53,596 bases of DNA from a virus (Duplodnaviria > Caudoviricetes), in IMG/VR virus record IMGVR_UViG_3300017700_000477, positions 1 to 53,596 of that record, one strand, 5' to 3'. The first letter of the stretch is position 1. Each line of letters begins with the position of its first letter. Positions 52,208 to 53,596 of the stretch are shown one piece after another. The notes beneath the pieces were generated by a model that did no database searches, was not told the DNA's origin, and saw only the letters and a list, made by a program, of their open reading frames with translations. Both the position numbers and the translations under genes were made by a program.

Positions 52208-53291
52208 TTCTCTTTGATACCACAACGCGCGCAACTTTACTAGTTTTGCGCGCGGCCGTCGGGCGAGCGACCGCTTCTGCTGCCTCTCTCAAGTCTTCAA
52301 CCATGTGCTTGCCGTAGACCGATTGCAGGGTCCGCATGCTGGTCGCGGTCATGCCGGACACGATCCAGGGAGAGGCTACGCGCAGTGCCCATGTGACGGC
52401 GGTGTGCTTCAGGATATGTGGCGTGGCATGCGGCAGGCCGGCGGCTTTTGCGACCAGCCGGAAGGCGCGCCGGATACTCTTGAGCGGCTGGTCCTTAAAC
52501 TTCTCTGGCCGACTCATGGGCTGGATGACGTACGCGCTACTGCTGGTCTGGCGCTGTCGGCGCAGAAGCGCAACGACGTGCGCCGGCAGCGCGGTCAGAG
52601 CTCGCCGCTTCCGGTTGTGATCGACACCCGGCAGGCGGAAATCGACTGTCCCCGCCTTGAGGTCGACGCGGTCCCACGTGAGTTGCAGAATCGCCCCGCG
52701 CCTGGCGCCGGTCGCTATGGCCAGATGAATGAACAGCGCGACGTGCCTATGGTCTTCCGTCTCCTCGGCCGCGCGCGTCATGGCGTCGACCTGGGGCCGC
52801 GTCAGAAACTCGGGGCGGGGTGGCGGCTCCCGATCGCTGGGAACGAATGGCGCGGTGGCCAGGTCGCCGAACCGCACGGCCTGCCGCAGGGCAGCGCGCA
52901 AGACGGTGCGGTGCAGGTTGATGGTCCCGATCGCCATGCCGTCGGCGATGCACTTTGCCTTGTACCGCTCCATGCTCCTGGCATTGACACTGTCGACCGC
53001 GGCCAGACCGAAGAACTTGTTGAGGTGCCTGGTCCTGATGCCGATCGCCTCCGCGCTGGCGAGTTTGTGGGCGTGGCGAGTCCAGTAATTTTCGAGAACA
53101 GTGGCAATCGAGATCTGGTCCGGCTTTGCCTCGGCCGGCCGGTCTAGCTCGAGGATGAAGTTTGCGAGGAATTTTTCAGCCGGGCCAACGTCTTTAAAAC
53201 CCGTTGACGCACGGCGTGATCTTCTCCGCTCAGTCCAGACGACATAGTAGCGCCCGTTGTCGGGGTGCTTCCAGAGTTTATGATTGGGCAT
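52170..53291 (-). CDS. int: Tyrosine integrase
   Basis: N-terminal arm-binding domain; TGAR..IL.LTWDRVD, PHILKHT, VYGKH; next to attP. Confidence 0.93.
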   Translation of the reverse strand: MPNHKLWKHPDNGRYYVVWTERRRSRRASTGFKDVGPAEKFLANFILELDRPAEAKPDQISIATVLENYWTRHAHKLASAEAIGIRTRHLNKFFGLAAVDSVNARSMERYKAKCIADGMAIGTINLHRTVLRAALRQAVRFGDLATAPFVPSDREPPPRPEFLTRPQVDAMTRAAEETEDHRHVALFIHLAIATGARRGAILQLTWDRVDLKAGTVDFRLPGVDHNRKRRALTALPAHVVALLRRQRQTSSSAYVIQPMSRPEKFKDQPLKSIRRAFRLVAKAAGLPHATPHILKHTAVTWALRVASPWIVSGMTATSMRTLQSVYGKHMVEDLREAAEAVARPTAARKTSKVARVVVSKRNESKTRKDSRKR

Positions 53292-53461
53292 CGGATGCTT
53301 GCCTTATAGGCGGTAATGTCGGACATGGGATAGAAGATACGGCGACGCAGTTGGGCGAAAGCCAGCCGACCCGCTATGCGCTCTGCCTTCACGACGGATG
53401 GGGAGACTCGCAGTTCGGTTGCCGCCTCCCGTTCGGTCAGCCAGGGGTCGCGCTCGATCAT
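53144..53461 (-). CDS. xis: Excisionase-like HTH protein overlapping the int start
   Basis: LTEREAA.ELRVS...V...R..GRL......RRIFY..SDI..Y. Confidence 0.8.
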   Translation of the reverse strand: MIERDPWLTEREAATELRVSPSVVKAERIAGRLAFAQLRRRIFYPMSDITAYKASIRCPIINSGSTPTTGATMSSGLSGEDHAVRQRVLKTLARLKNSSQTSSSS

Positions 53462-53465
53462 GGTG

Positions 53466-53596
53466 CTATTCCCCCGTCCTTTGTTCTGTCTGGAGATTGA
53501 GGGCATCGGCAAACACGAACCACGGATCGCCCGGCAGGGCGTCGCAGTCGTTCTCCCCATGCACGGCGGGATCGTAGGGCACCTCAACAAGCAGGC
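53466..53596 (-). CDS. 3' part of the junction-spanning ORF starting at 507
   Basis: In frame after removing the 11-bp overlap; TAG at 53468-53466. Confidence 0.8.
   Translation of the reverse strand, partial: LLVEVPYDPAVHGENDCDALPGDPWFVFADALNLQTEQRTGE

Larger units (their letters stand above)
1..53596. mobile_element. Complete circular temperate podovirus-like phage genome, probably of an alphaproteobacterium
   Basis: Terminase, portal, capsid, tail tube, internal virion, lysis, integrase, repressor and attP all present; no host housekeeping genes; terminal overlap. Confidence 0.95.

Noticed and set aside
1-53596. CRISPR array or cas genes
   Set aside because: No regularly spaced repeat-spacer array seen. 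The repeats found are dispersed regulatory motifs.
53586-53596. Biological terminal repeat or att site
   Set aside because: It falls mid-ORF and the real att core is at 51564, so it is best explained as an assembly overlap.

Overview
The window is an apparently complete, circular ~53.6-kb genome of a high-GC temperate phage. Circularity is supported by an 11-bp terminal overlap and by an ORF that reads in frame across the junction. The virion module is podovirus-like (BPP-1/epsilon15/T7-style order: terminase, portal, scaffold, capsid, tail tubular A/B, internal virion proteins, tail fibre, no tape measure). The host is probably an alphaproteobacterium (inferred from the tRNA-Val attP, the fMet-type tRNA and the SSB). 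Modules: leftward early genes (RecE/RecT, small modular ORFs); CI-like repressor; helicase and VRR-NUC; a second leftward operon (Cro-like HTH, MT-A70 methylase, Prim-Pol/VirE primase-helicase, SSB); an AT-rich origin candidate; packaging and structural genes including a 2760-aa polyvalent ejection protein; lysis cassette; post-lysis accessory genes; attP (3' half of tRNA-Val GAC), tyrosine integrase and excisionase. Most notable hand-found observations: (1) a gene lying inside attP that fuses an integrase-like arm-binding domain to an HNH-like domain; (2) a probable nested +1-frame gene with its own promoter inside the giant polyvalent gene; (3) an initiator tRNA with a compensatory U19-A56 elbow swap, followed by a structured ncRNA candidate; (4) a small anti-Shine-Dalgarno RNA next to the lysis genes; (5) a 4-copy late-promoter motif and a genome-wide 15-bp operator. 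All calls are by-eye motif recognition; no searches were run.
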